A stretch of DNA of 64,000 nucleotides, taken from assembly GCA_047288015.1 (NCBI GenBank), contig CM103819.1, forward strand, positions 32,625,354-32,689,353. The letters run 5' to 3'. A program made the translations under genes and the position numbers. Shown piece by piece: positions 25,666 to 39,619 of this stretch. The stretch comes from Mactra antiquata. Lineage: Eukaryota. Under the pieces are notes generated by a model, which was not told the origin of the DNA, ran no database searches, and worked only from the letters and a program-made list of their open reading frames with translations. Positions within the stretch are counted from its first letter, which is position 1, and each line of letters starts with the position of its first letter.

Positions 25666-26786
25666 GAAGTTACGATATTGTGAAACATATCTTAACTTAA
25701 AATAGATAATTTAAGGTTAATCCAGAAATTTAGGATAAGAATGCGTGTGAAACTGGGTCCAGAAGTGTTATATCAAGATCACGACTTATATAATATACTA
25801 TGCCACTGAAAAACAGGTAGCCTCTATATTAATACTATTAATTACTATATCATGGAACACAATACTGAAAAACAATTGAATGGTACATGTACATGTACAT
25901 GTATATAGATTCCTATGGTACAGGGGCTGATCCAGGATTTTTTTCCAGTGGGGGGTCTAAACTCTCAAACCACATTATATACTGTTAGCAGAATAACGCA
26001 ACACATTAGATCTACGCCTATTTTACATGTTTTGACGTTAAAGTGGATGTTAGCTACTTGGTTTTAATCTGAATGCAACGACATCAGCGTTGATATGCCT
26101 CAAAATATGTTTTTGTTGTTTACCGTACATAAATACTTTTATCTTAATTGTTGGGGCAAGCAAATATAAAAGAAGCATATCACGTTTAAAAAGGCAAAGG
26201 CTTATGCGACCACGACAAAACAAGACAAACACGTTTTCTTCTATAAATAAAATCAAAAGCTCAAGTTGAGTACAAACCTCTTTTAAGTTAAATGTCATGA
26301 AATGATGTAGTTCACCTTACACCAAAGATTTTATATCAATAATAAAAACCACAAAAACCATTAGCTCTATGTTAAACACAAAGGCGAGCAAAGCGAGCTC
26401 GAGAAAAATTGCTTCATGCTACTAAAAAATTGTTTACAGTTAAAAAAATACACTCATGGATGGGTATATTTCGGAACCCCCCGACCCCGCTAGATCCGCT
26501 TATGTATGGTATAATGAACAAAAATACTTGACAAGTTCATGTTATCAAGTGGGTACATGTAAACCTTTTTTAAAAGTATAGATGGAATTTCATAGATTAA
26601 TGATAACAGACATGATATTCGTTAAAATAAATAATATTAAGAGAATACAGGTTTTACACACTGCTTTGATACTATACTATTCTTCTGATATATATGTATA
26701 GCCCGCAAGTGATAATTTGAGCTATGTTGACAAACAGAAACCATTCATCGTCTGTAGACTATATTGTAAAAAAAAATACTTTTCAA

Positions 26787-27015
26787 TTTTTTTTTTTTTT
26801 AATTGGGTTTAACGTCGTATTCAACACATGTTTAGGTCATATATACGACGGACAGCTCTTCCTACTATGGGTTTCCTGGACACTTTTCTATCACCAGTAC
26901 TAACTTACCCTACCAGAGGCCGACAACTCATGTACAAGGTATGACCTACCGCGACCGGGCTCGAACCCGGATCTCCGGATTCGAAGTCAGACATGCTAAC
27001 CACTACGCCACGGCA
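26787..27015 (-). mobile_element. tRNA-derived SINE family B
   Basis: Reverse complement of family B. Poly-T at the plus-strand 5' end. Confidence 0.75.
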
Positions 27016-30000
27016 CAATACTTTTCAAGAATATATACACATATACTATATTTTGAATCCTCTTAGTATACCTAAATGCTACAGAAATGAAAGGTACTTC
27101 TCAAACTGCAAAACAAGAGAAACAATTCACTGGTGTTTTGTGTTATTTGCAAGGAACTATCATACCTCACTTCAAGTCATTTGAAATTACGGCGACAAGA
27201 TTGCTACCTGTACAAAGCAAAATCCATTATAATCAATGAAAGGGGAACAATTTCGAAACTGCTTCGAAACTGCAAGAATGCTTCTGGGCAAAATGCCATG
27301 ACAATGGTAAACAGTACACTGGTTTTTGAATTGGGCAATCTTGGTTCAAAGCATGGTCGCAGCATGTCGTACCCATCCATGAAAATTTGACAATAATGTA
27401 TTTCTACCGCATATGTAGAAGTTGTTAACTTGTGAATAGCTAAGCGACTAGTATTAAAAAGAATCCAGGAAAACTGATTTGTTGAGACAGCCAGAGTAAA
27501 TAACTGAAAAATTTGTTAACCAGTGGTGACCAGATAAACAAACTCCTCAAATGGCTGATTTATGATTAGGTCACAGAAGGGTTCCTGGAAGAAATAAAAC
27601 AAAAACTAAAAAATATAATTGTGACTTTATTGTTGATTCTATGCATAAGCTTAATTAATAATAAGTGAAAATTCATAATTTTACATGCATAGGTAAAAGT
27701 TTGAAATTACATCACAAAAATCTTTATTTGAATATTTTTTTCATAATTTTAGATTTTTTAGTCCAAAATATTAAGAAATGATCCTAAAACCTTTCTCCTA
27801 TGTACGTGTTACAGCTCATAATAATGGCAAACTGATTCGCTAAATATATATATTACTAGAAAATTAATGAACTAGGGAATACAAACATATTTCTGATTAC
27901 AAAAACAATAACAAATACAACAATATGTATAATTAAGTATAGATTACAATGCTCTCTTAATATGAGCAATATACAGGGTAAAGTGAGAAACAGTTATGGG
28001 ATCAACAGATGCTTTTGCATTTGGATGCTACAACGGTTTACATACTGGTCATACCTATTACCGCAAATCTACGGGTTTAAAGGGCAATAATAGACCAACT
28101 GCATGTGCAATGTTGATATATCTTTAATTATTGAATAAATAAATCATTTTTCGATCAATATAATCTAAAACAATAAAATTCTAACCATTATTTATCAAAA
28201 TATCGATCTTTAACTAAAACAGGTTGGCGGCAATATTGGTTTTCACAAATATACAAAAATCAGTGATTGGCTAATTGCAGTCGTTAACAGCCAATGAAAA
28301 TGCTTGGAATGGAATCAGCAAGAGGCGTGACTATCGCATGTATGTCATTAAGTCATTGTACAGGCACCTGCTGCTTAGCAGACACACTTAGAAAAACAAA
28401 ATAAAAATGTTATTGGGAAATCTGAAGTAAGTGGGTTTGGGTAATGAATTAAAACAGACAGAAAAAACAATTTGTCACATGACTGGTATAAATGTTCACG
28501 TTTATTACCCGTAAAGACACCATATTTGGTTCTAAAACATGCCTCACAGTTGCTGGTCAAAATGTAAATAAACACAGCGGAAGTATTACTGAACATGTCA
28601 ATGTTGTGTATTGTTTTAAGATACTCGCGGTATTAAGTATATCATGGTAATAGGTATACCAACTTTACATATTGCACTGAACAAACAAACAAAATCAAGA
28701 ATAAAAAAATAAACATTTGATAAAAACCAATTTCTTGTTAAAATTAATAATTTTGTAAAACTCATATCAACAAGTATCAACAAATATTGCTAGGTTGCTA
28801 AGTGACTAACGTACTCAGGATTTTCTTTGAAGTTTATTTTTATACATTTTCCTTAACCAATAAGCTTTAGAATTTTGACATTATATAATAATGGTACCTG
28901 TCATCAATATATTTGAAACTTCATTGATTATATAAAGGACAATTATCATTATCCTTTGAGTCTGATAGTATGCTTCAGGCCCGTAGGAAGCATTTTCAGA
29001 TTGGGGGGGGGGCTAATTTTGTTGGGGGTCTGTGTTTTTTTCTTTTTTTTTTTGCTTGTTTAATGCCTTAGTAACATATTGTTTAGGTCATATCACAGCA
29101 GTCTAATATTAAAAATACTAACTGTCCAAATTAATGGGGGGCTAGTAGGGGGCAGCAGTCTAATGCTATAAGCTAACCCATATTAAAATCATTAACTGTC
29201 AAAATTATTGGGGGGGCTAAGGGCCTGTGCTTTATAATTGTATTGTTACTATTCTTTATATGGACTAAATAATTACAACAAATATTGCTAAGTTTAAAAC
29301 GATCCATTAAATATCAAGCAAACAATCACTAAATTTATATCACAGAGTTTGTACATGCAAGACTCCAGGACTATCAACAATTTTCCAGGTCATAATAAGC
29401 AATAACACTCACACACTATGTGTATTGAAATACTCGGATTTAAATGGAATTTTATACTGTCAATAGCACACTCTATATTACGGTTAAGCTACAAAATTAA
29501 GGAACTTGAGCTTTCATTGAGTGACAAATTACCAATCAAGCAGTTCCAAGACACAAAGTATTTGGCAATCTTTAGTTACAGACACATTGTCAAGTGATAT
29601 GAATATGTCTGTTAAATATTTCTCAATCAATAATGACTAAGATCAGACTAAATAAATCTACATAAATACACCAAGAGACAAGAAAAACTGATTTGTACAT
29701 AGCCTCGTTATTTGATGGACAGGTATGAAATATAATTGTGTCATGAACATCATTAAATACATTCCTAGTCATGTTTCTTAGCAAGTGTTTGTAACATCAT
29801 ATACACTGCCAGCAAAAAGTTGTTTACATATTTACACAATTTACAGTTTACTCACAAAGCTGTAATAGCAGTTTATTTTTACTTTTACTTTGGCAACCAG
29901 TGGGCCAACTTGATTTGCTATGACGGCTTATGCCGGCCGATTCCTACATGGGCACTGGCAAATCACTTCATTTGTTCCGAGATAAAGGCGGAATCACTAG

Positions 30001-30744
30001 GCGGCTCATGCCAAATGCACCGGTTATGTTTGAGCGGCGAATGAGTGACAAATATGGCAGAAAATGGCTGCGAGGTAAACCATTATTATAAACATTTACT
30101 AGTTTTATGGGCTAATTGCAAAGTAATGTTATGTTTAACTTCCCTTAGCCGTCATTTAGGTCAGAATTATATAATCTTATACATGTATTTTGAATTGATT
30201 TTTGCATTAGTATTTTATTTTATTTTTTAAAATATCACAGAATGAAGAATTACACATGAAAAGTACATACATTGAATTTATAACAAATATTGCATCTGTT
30301 AAAACTAACAATAACAATGAGGCATAAACAACCTGCTCGATTATAGATCTACATAATCAACAAAACAAAATATATACGAAAACAATAAAGAATGATATTT
30401 TTCGCCAGCAAAAACACACAACACACTAGTATAAATAAAAGGAAATTTGATAAGTTTATAAATAAATGAAGTCATAAATTGTACATTGGCAAAGTTCAAG
30501 AACTGAGGATATAAAACTTGAAAATAGACTCCTAGTTCAAACCTCAGTTTTGTCTTCAATATGAATTTCTAATATAACATAAAACTATAAACTCATAGTA
30601 AGCGATTATCTAAACAATTCTTTTTCAACACACATGACTCCCACATCAGTAAATTTGACCTTTAATGAGGTTTAATGAAATGAGCTCTAAATCAACATGA
30701 TAATTAAATATCTGTAGAGTGTACAATATCAGGTGATAATGGAC

Positions 30745-31262
30745 TATCCAGAAATTCAAATATTTGGGTTTTTCCATCCGTGCACAGGCGGTACAAACAA
30801 AGTATTCTACACATTATTGCCAAAAAGCACGAAACACGGATTAAATCCTATTTTTCTTTGTAAGCATGTTTTCATTGTAACGATGAAAGTTTGTTTGTTT
30901 GTTTGTTGTTTTTTTCGTTGGGTTTAATGCCGTAGTAACACACTGAACAGGTCATATCACGGCGGTCAGTCAACCTACGAAAGGCTAAATCTCTGGATTT
31001 AGCTGTTAACCAGTTACTATGAGCATACTTCAGTCAGTGACTGACAACTGCCCTACATGATTTAGAATCAGTGGTAGGAGGGAGAATGGCCGTAGAAATA
31101 ATTTCATGACCAAGCTCCATGAAAGTATGCCCCACCCGGGGATCGAACCCACAACCCCTGGATCAGTAAACTGGCGCACTACCGACTGAGCTAGCCGGGC
31201 GTGTTAAGTTTGTTTGTACCAGAGGGAAAAACCAAAATATTTGAATTCCGGATACAGACTAT
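30745..31262. mobile_element. hairpin MITE ('ggtacaaac' family) split by a SINE A insertion (30903-31203)
   Basis: Left MITE half 30745-30904 and right half 31204-31262 flank a complete minus-strand SINE A. Confidence 0.6.
30903..31203 (-). mobile_element. tRNA-derived SINE family A nested inside a MITE
   Basis: Full-length reverse-complement copy. Confidence 0.8.
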
Positions 31263-31267
31263 ATATA

Positions 31268-31535
31268 GTCTATAGAGCTAATTCGGAACTCTAATTTATG
31301 GGTTTTTCCATTCGTGTATAGGCGGTACAAATGAAATTTCTACACATTCTTGCTGAAAAGCATGAAACATGGATTAAATCCTATTGTTCTTTGTACACAT
31401 GTTTTCCTTTGTAACGATAAAAGTTTGTTTGTAACAAGGACCCTATATAAACCTACATATATATAGCGTCCATGTTTGTACCACAGGGAAAAACCCAAAT
31501 ATTTGAATTCTGGATATAGTCTATTCAGCTACTTC
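31268..31535. mobile_element. hairpin MITE ('ggtacaaac' family), adjacent second copy
   Basis: TIRs …tttatgggtttttccattcgtgtataggcggtacaaa / tttgtaccacagggaaaaacccaaatatttgaattctggatatagtc. Confidence 0.6.
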
Positions 31536-31739
31536 TTTCCTTAAAGTCAAATATGATCATTTGTATACATGTACTTCCAAAGATTGTTCTAATAAACTAA
31601 CTTTTAAACTAAGTCTTCATTGAGTAACAGGAATCAGAAATCCTAATAATAACAGAAATTCCATAAAGCAGAAAGTTCTGTAAACATCTCAAGACATCGT
31701 AGTTCAGTGTTCTGTTCATTACAATAGTCCTTAAAAAAT

Positions 31740-32161
31740 CTAGTAACAATGACCAACAGTTAGTGATTGTGAATTAGGATTTACAGAATGAGGTATACCC
31801 TGTCCTAATTTATCTGCAGCAGAATCTGAGATGTTTGCATGCAAGTGTAACATCTTCCCAGCAAATTCAGACCAATTTTGTCCCAATTCAAGCTGACTGC
31901 AAACCAAAGGATATATACCATCGACCTTGCTGCAAAATTCAATGGCAAGTTGCACTTTATTAAAGACAAGTTGTGAGGCCGAAAAATCTTTTGTAAACTT
32001 CTTTGAAAATAAAGTTTCAAGTAATTTCTTTATAACTGCTTCAACTTCATTCTGGTGTCTGAAATTGATTGGGAGGCTATCTGGCATGATACATTTGATC
32101 ATACATAGTAACACTACAGTTGTAGAAACCAGCTGAATAATTTCCTCATAGCATTTTGTAC
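31740..32161 (-). CDS. candidate 3' coding exon of the proline-rich gene (…TKCYEEIIQLVSTTVVLLCMIKCIMPDSLPINFRHQNEVEAVIKKLLETLF…)
   Basis: Acceptor tgtgctttcag|GTACAAAATGC. Open frame of about 140 codons. Phase-compatible with exon 33881-33980. The 3' end is ambiguous: either the in-frame TAG at 31740 or a GTATAC donor at 31799. Confidence 0.4.
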
Positions 32162-32297
32162 CTGAAAGCACACAATTATATCAATTGTAACAAAAATGTT
32201 TTAAATGCATTTACACATACATTTATTTGGACGACCAATCTCATTGAAATCAGACCACTTAATGCCACACTACATTTCAGCTACAGTAGATCTGATA

Positions 32298-32537
32298 GTA
32301 CTTTTCTTTTTTTTTAAATTGGGTTTAACATTGTATTCAACACAATTTTTTAGATTATATATACGACCACCAGCTCTTCCTACTATAGGTTTCCTGGACA
32401 CTTTTCTATCACCAGTACTAACTTACCCTACCACAAGGCTGACAACTCATGTATAGGGTATGGCCTGCCGCGACCGGGCTCGAACCCGCGATCTCCAGAT
32501 TCGAAGACAGACATGCTAACCACTACCCCACGGCTTT
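32298..32537 (-). mobile_element. tRNA-derived SINE family B
   Basis: Reverse complement of family B. Confidence 0.75.
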
Positions 32538-33339
32538 CTAATGGTACTTGTTTACAGGTCAGGTTCAGTTGACATTCCATTCATCTGCATTAACAATCAA
32601 AGTTAATAATTAACTAGCAATTGAACTCTCAGAAACAAAACTCCTTAAGATAAACATAAAAAGTGGCTGCCTTTAGCAACACAAAAAAACAACAACAGTT
32701 TTCCAGACAATTTGGAAATTTACGATTATTTTGATCTCACTTCAAATTACAGACAAGTGAAAGTGACTTGCTGATAGGACATGTAAATTTTACACTGATA
32801 GGCCAGTCAATGTGTGACCATCAGATCATATAGCAGTACTATAAATAGGATTTGATTTTAATCAGATGATTTAGCAACATAATTATAACCAATACTGTGT
32901 TCTTGGGTCGTAAAACCAAATAACCACACATACATTGCACATGTCAAAATATAACTTTAATGCAAAAAAGTATTGCACAACTGAAGAAGCTTGTTTACTC
33001 CCACCAATATTGCATTACATTGATTAAGTTAAATGACACACTTAAGGGGCGTTTGTCAAACTGGTCAAGGATAATTGGACGCATTTTTGCAGAATTTTCT
33101 ATTATTATTGTTTGTCAACTTTACTATTCCTACTTAAAAGTTGTCATTCTTAAATATAACAGAGGCTGGTCATATCCTTCCATGCAAAACAAGCCAATAG
33201 TGTTGATTTTCCTCCATATAAGAAGTTGTTGGCTCCTTGTGCTAGAGTCAGTGAGTACTGATGAAAAGCAAATTGTCCAGCAAAGATGTTTATGTGAGCT
33301 GGCTGCTATAAATATCCAAATAAATAAACAATAAATAAA

Positions 33340-33530
33340 TCTAAAATATGAGGTTTCATAACATCATGTAACATAGCATAGCATGGCATAACATAACATA
33401 ACATAACATAACATAACATAACATAACATAACATAACATAACATAACATAACATAACATAACATAACATAACACACATGTAACATAGCATAGCATAGCAT
33501 AGCATGACATGGCATGACATGACACAAACT
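33340..33530. repeat. microsatellite (CATAA)n ~24 units, flanked by (CATAG)n
   Basis: Direct reading. Generates the spurious MLCYV-repeat ORFs on the minus strand. Confidence 0.95.
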
Positions 33531-33880
33531 ATGTAATCATCATGATAACTTGTATATACATAGACAACAATTAACCCTATCACCTTCTTAACTTTCCATA
33601 CTTTGAATTTTTACTTTTTTTATCAACATTTCTTCAGTAATTTAGAGTAGACAATCAACATAATGCAATTGCCAGGACAAAATCTTTTTACGTAGCTGTT
33701 ATTAATATTAGAAACCGTCTTTTACTTTTCTGTACATCTATTATAACGTAATCAGCGAGTTCTATATTTTATATGTTTGTTTTAACAATGCAATAAATAT
33801 TCACTTTACTTCATAAACCCAATATCTTGCATGTGGTTTCTTACCTTAACATTGTGAAGATAACAAGTAATTTTACTTAC

Positions 33881-33980
33881 CAAGTGATTTCAGTCCAGCT
33901 TTGTCTAGAACAGTAATGCACACACTGAAATCCACAGACAAGGATTCTTGTAAACTGCTATCCATCACCCAGAAACCAAG
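33881..33980 (-). CDS. candidate internal coding exon (LGFWVMDSSLQESLSVDFSVCITVLDKAGLKSL)
   Basis: Acceptor tttcatattacag|CTTGG and donor CTTG|gtaagtaaaat. 100 nt, phase 0→1. Matches the exon at 32161, which starts with 2 nt. Confidence 0.45.
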
Positions 33981-34917
33981 CTGTAATATGAAATTAGTAT
34001 ACAGAGTAGTAGTTAAATATTTTTTGATAAGAACTAGGTGTATTTTTGAAAGGTTGTTTACCAATAAGGACCTGACTACCCAAATACTAATGTATTACTA
34101 GGCCCATGTCATACCTTCATAGCCACACATACTCTTGACTTCCAAACACAATTTATTGCACAAGTAAAACTTACTGCAAACAAATGTAAATTCCAAATTC
34201 AAACTCAAATCTCACTAGATCATAAAAGACACAATAAAGAAAGTGAAATAGTTCTGTTTGCATTTTAGCAAACTTTAGATGAGAGACATTATATTCATAC
34301 CATTCAGAATAAACTACACCCAAATAAATGTTGCAGTTAATAATTGTTAAGTCAGTAGTTATTTTGGAGACAAACTTTGCACACATTAACCATTCTTGAA
34401 TCGAGTACAGTAACTAAAGTTGTTAACAGTCAGATCTGAATTAAGCTCTGGGGAATTTCACTCAATACCACATACAGCACATAAACCGTATTTACATGAA
34501 AATAGCATTTTTTCATGAAATAATGCACACTACGGTTAAAGATATGAAAAGACTGATTACACCCTAAGTGTTAACAAACAAGCCATATATGATCTAAAAT
34601 ACTATTCTTTTTAACTCATACCTTCATAACTACCTAGTGTTCTAAGGTAAATCATGATTTTGATAAAAATAATTTCCAATGTTTGACTTTCAAATCTATC
34701 AAATCAATGTCTGTCAAACATAAGTCAGTGTAGTCAGCTCACACACACTCTATTGAACTTGATTCCCCAGAGGTATGAGCTTACCATACAGAACTGATTA
34801 GTAAACGGCATTCAGTCTACCTTTTCCAAGTGGTCAATATATCACAAACAATGTAGTATAAATAAAGCTCTAATCAATCAGCTCTAGAATATACTTCATT
34901 TATAAAGTCATTAAAAG

Positions 34918-35175
34918 CCACGGCCGTGGCGCTGTGGTTGAAGCAGGATTACAAAGCCAGAGGTCCTGGGTTTGATCCCTGGTCCTGGATGGTCATACCC
35001 ATTCAAGAAAATTGGATTTTAGCATAGATTTTCCTCCATAGAGGAAGTTGTCCTCTCATTGTGGAAGAGTAAACAGTACTGGTTAAAGAAAAGGGTCGAG
35101 GAAATGCTATAGCTAGGTGAGCCGGCTGTGGTACTTAACCTTATTAATATGTGTTGACAAATGGCGTTAAATCCA
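34918..35175 (+). mobile_element. tRNA-derived SINE family C
   Basis: Head ggccgtggcgctgtggttgaagc…gggtttgatccctgg. Second copy at 44768-45047. Confidence 0.65.
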
Positions 35176-35939
35176 ATAGAAATCGTTAAAAATGACTGCA
35201 AATTATCAATTACAAGAATGGCAAAAGCAGACATTTGGTAATATAAAGGAAAAGAAAGCATCTTCTTCTTAGCATAAATCTCAATGGTAGACGCATACTT
35301 TTGAGACATACAGAGAGATGAATGTTACAGTAGTAACAATAACTTTGTAGAGAGATTGTATGACCACTTTACACTCTAATATTTGATTCTGGATTCTCAA
35401 ATGTTGACACTCCAAACAAACAACAAAAGAAATTTGCAGGTTTATCAATTTAGACTTTTGAATGAATATCTTCAACTTTAGTTTAAAATGAAATTTTGTA
35501 CTCATAATATATTATTTACGCATAGACAAAATTCCACTTAGACAGAAAATGTCAATGCAATGCATGAATAAAATCCTCCATTGTTTGTAAATGAATAATG
35601 GAACCATTTCCATACTAAGAATAAAGATTATACTACATCTCCGGGGCATACAAGAAACAGGTAAATATTGTTTACAGAGTTGGACTTGAAAAAAAATATG
35701 TTGTTTAAGTGTGACAAAAACATTCCAACAATATTTGAGAATCTCAAGTACTGTGTGACATAATAGAGTCACACAAGTAAATTTTATCATGTTTGTATTT
35801 GCTCTAAAAGTCAGACAACAAACATCATATCAAGTAAGGGCAGTACTTGTATGATATTTGGCTATGCTGCTCTGACAAGTTTTGAAATTGTCTAGTCTGA
35901 ACATTCTGTTCGGACTTGTCTGGGCACGAACAATATAAA

Positions 35940-37320
35940 AGTTGATGTGTCCAAGTGTCAGGGTCCCAGTTGGTCTCAGTGTGTCCTAGTGGGTCTCCTT
36001 GCACCCCAATGGGAGTCTCAGTGTGCCCTAGTTGTTGTCTCAGTGTGTCCCAGTTGGTCTCAGTAAGTCCCAAAGGGTCTTGGTGCACCCCAGTCGGTGT
36101 CTCAGTGTGTCCCAGTTGGTGTCTCAGTGTGTCCCAGTCGGTGTCTCAGTGTGTCCCAGTCGGTGTCTCAGTGTGTCCCAGTTGGTGTCTCAGTGTGTCC
36201 CAGTCAGTGTCTCAGTGTGTCCCAGTCGGTGTTTTAGTGTGTCTCAGTCAGTGTCTCAGTGTGTCCCAGTCAGTGTCTCAGTGTGTCCCAGTCAGTGTCT
36301 CAGTGTGTCCCAGTCGGTGTCTCAGTGTGTCCCAGTTGGTGTCTCAGTGTGTCCCAGTCGGTGTCTCAGTGTGTCCCAGTCGGTGTCTCAGTGTGTCCCA
36401 GTTGGTGTCTCAGTGTGTCCCAGTCAGTGTCTCAGTGTGTCCCAGTCGGTGTTTTAGTGTGTCTCAGTCAGTGTCTCAGTGTGCCATAGTCGGTGTCTCA
36501 GTGTGTCCCAGTCAGTGTCTCAGTGTGTCCCAATCAGTGTCTCAGTGTGTCCCAGTCAGTGTCTCAGTGTGTCCCAGTCGGTGTCTCAGTGTCCCACTCA
36601 GTGTCTCAGTGTGTCCCAGTTGGTGTCTCAGTATGCTATAGTCGGTGCCTCAGTGTGCTATAGTTGGTGTCTCAGTGTGTCCCAGTCGGTGTCTCAGTGT
36701 GTCCCAGTCAGTGTCTCAGTGTGTCCCAGTCGGTGTTTTAGTGTGTCCCAGTCAGTGTCTCAGTGTGCCATAGTCGGTGTCTCAGTGTGTCCCAGTCAGT
36801 GTCTCAGTGTGTCCCAATCAGTGTCTCAGTGTGTCCCAATCAGTGTCTCAGTGTGTCCCAGTCGGTGTCTCAGTGTGTCCCACTCAGTGTCTCAGTGTGT
36901 CCCAGTTGGTGTCTCAGTATGCTATAGTCGGTGCCTCAGTGTGCTATAGTTGGTGTCTCAGTGTGTCCCAGTCGGTGTCTCAGTGTGCTATAGTCGGTGT
37001 CTCAGTGTGCTATAGTCAGTGCCTCAGTGTGCTATAGTCGGTGCCTCAGTGTGCTATAGTTGGTGTCTCAGTGTGTCCCAGTCGGTGTCTCAGTGTGCTA
37101 TAGTCGGTGTCTCAGTATGCTATAGTCGGTGTCTCAGTGTGCTATAGTTGGTGTCTCAGTGTGCCATAGTCGGTGCCTCAGTGTTCTATAGTTGGTGTCT
37201 CAATGTGCTGTAGTTGGTGTTTCAGTGTGCTATAGTTGGTGTCTCAGTGTGCTATAGTCGGTGCCTCACTGTACTATAGTCGGTGTCTCAGTGTGCCATA
37301 GTTGGTGTCTCAGTGTGTCC
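35940..37320. repeat. satellite array, 22-bp unit (gtgtctcagtgtgtcccagtcg), ~62 copies, with a second subfamily (…gtgctatagtcg…) towards the 3' end
   Basis: Direct reading. Three units (66 nt) preserve the reading frame, which produces the long spurious SVSQCVPVGVSVCP ORFs. Confidence 0.95.
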
Positions 37321-37816
37321 TAGTGGGAGTCAAAGCTTGATGTTGGTATGTAAAAATAAATAAACTCAAAAGACACCTAAAGTTGTTGTTGTGTTATTGG
37401 CGTCATGTTACATACTAAATAAAATCCAAAATCAACAAATAGAGTGTTATTTATTATTTCAAGTATTTGAAAGCAGAATATGGATGATTAATGATATAAG
37501 CAAATCTGGCACGAACAAGAAATATGAATTTTAGATTTTACAGAACAAGAACCTTATTTTCTAAATGTTCAAACTCAAAAAATTAGAATTGAAAATGTTT
37601 CCAATACTTAGTATATCCAGAGATTTATTATAACAGGGATTTTCACTGTTGTGGCTGCTATTACAGCTCATTCTGATATTGACTATTACAACTCTGAAAT
37701 AATTTGTACAGCCTGTTTGACTCATATATAGATGGTGACAACAGTGATATCTTAAAAAGCATTTGGCTGCAAATCCCTGTAATATAAAATCCCTCATATA
37801 TCAAACATAAGCCTAC

Positions 37817-37938
37817 CGTATCCTGTTTACGTAGTATATCATCAAGATCTGACAAGTTCAATTTAAATCCTGATGTCATTATAGAAGGAACATTCACACC
37901 TATTCCATACATACACAAATCTGACTCATCAACAGACT
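37817..37938 (-). CDS. candidate internal coding exon (ESVDESDLCMYGIGVNVPSIMTSGFKLNLSDLDDILRKQDT)
   Basis: Acceptor gttttacag|AGTCTG and donor GATACG|gtaggc. 122 nt, phase 1→0. Compatible with the upstream exon ending …ACG G|gtaaga. Confidence 0.4.
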
Positions 37939-38512
37939 CTGTAAAACATCAAATAGTAAAAGTTTAAAATATTTACTGTTTCTCGATTTATGCCATTCAA
38001 TTTTTCATACTCTTAAACCCATTAACATTTTAGACACATTTTGATGCATTTCATGATGCAATCCTTGGCTTGAACACACTTTTTTCAGCAGTATTTGGTA
38101 AGTTGTACTTAAAAGGTTGCTTTGAAAATTTAACTTTTTTTACCACACTTACATAGGTCCAGTATTCTGGTTCCATGCAAGTGAAGTTAAAAACAAGAGG
38201 ATACTGACGACCCTAGACTGCTCATCTAAGACCTAAATCTTCATGGTGGCAGATAAACATTGATGCCAAATATGGTACATGTAGCTCTAGATCAAATGGT
38301 TCCAGAGTAGAAGATTTTTGTAGATTTCTAACTCTAGGCCTTATGGTTTCAGACAAGAAGATCTTTTAAGATTTCCCTATATAACTCTATGTAAAAGTTG
38401 TAACTTCCGGGGCGGGGCCAATTTTGACCCAGAGGCATAATTTGAATAATATTTGGTAAAGACCTTAAGGTGATGCTACATGCCAAATATGGAAGCTCTA
38501 GGCCTTATGGAA

Positions 38513-38693
38513 ACCCACCCGGCTAGCTCAGTCGGTAGGGCACAAGTCTACTGATTGAGGGGTTGTAGGTTCGATTCCCGGGCGGGGCATACTTTCATGG
38601 AGTTTGGTCATGAAATAATTTCTACGGCCATTCTCCCTCCTACCACTGATTCTAAATCATGTAGGGCAGTTGTCAGTCACTGACGGGTTAATC
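38513..38693 (+). mobile_element. tRNA-derived SINE family A, 3'-truncated
   Basis: Head plus body up to …gttgtcagtcactgacgg. Confidence 0.75.
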
Positions 38694-39619
38694 CCTGGGG
38701 AAGTGCTAATTTTGACTCCAGGGGAATAATTTGAAATAGCTTTGTAGCAGACCTTAAGGTGATTCCACATGCCAAATTTGGTAACTTTAGGCCCTATGAT
38801 TTTTGACAAGAAGATTTTTTAAAAATTGTTGATGACTGACACAAACATGCCATTTGACCGGCAACTATGGCTGACCTTTAGCACTTTGTGCTTAGGTGAG
38901 CTAAAAACCAGCCAACAGGAAACAACCACTGGTTGATGAAATGGCAGCTGCTATACCTTGAGGATATTTTAATACAAGAAAACTGAAAATAAGACCAAGT
39001 GTCTATGAATTTTGGTAGCCCAATTACTGATATATCTAACTATGGTCAAGAAAAATCATGTTTTTGTACAGAAAATGACCTTAAACAATATTAAAATTTT
39101 CCTAAAACAGTCTTAAAGACCATTATACATCAAAAAATAAATAGGACACAAAAATACAGGGTTTGACTGTACATTTAACATAAGGAGTCACCATCATAGG
39201 TACAAGGTATCTCCAGCAAACCCTAGCAGAAAATGGCTGACTGTTTACCTTTGAGACAGAGGATAACCAACAATTTAGTAAAATGCCACTGTTTAAGTGG
39301 GATTAGTGTATAATTAACATGCTATCATACAGATAATACATCTATTAGTCAATACAAAACTGTAAATATAATACGGAATTAAGGATTTAAACAGAAAACA
39401 CATGCAAACATGACAATATCAAGGTCATGACTTTATCGTAGACTGTTTTGTCAAGGAGATTTAATGTCCAGCTACAATTGATCCCATAAGCCCAAGAGTT
39501 GCCTTTATCTAAAATGTGTATATAATGACACACATACATCAATTAAATAATCAATACACTTTAATATGATTACGTCCAACTAAAGGAATAATCAAAAAGA
39601 AATTTAGAAAGTATCTTAC

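Noticed and set aside
33306-33583. Minus-strand ORFs MLCYVMLCYVMLCY…
   Set aside because: Translation of the (CATAA)n/(CATAG)n microsatellite.
35955-37037. Several long plus-strand ORFs (up to 228 aa) with repetitive SVSQCVPVGVSVCPSRCL sequence
   Set aside because: Pure artefact of the 22-bp satellite: three units (66 nt) keep the frame open. No start or splice context, and a repeat-unit composition.
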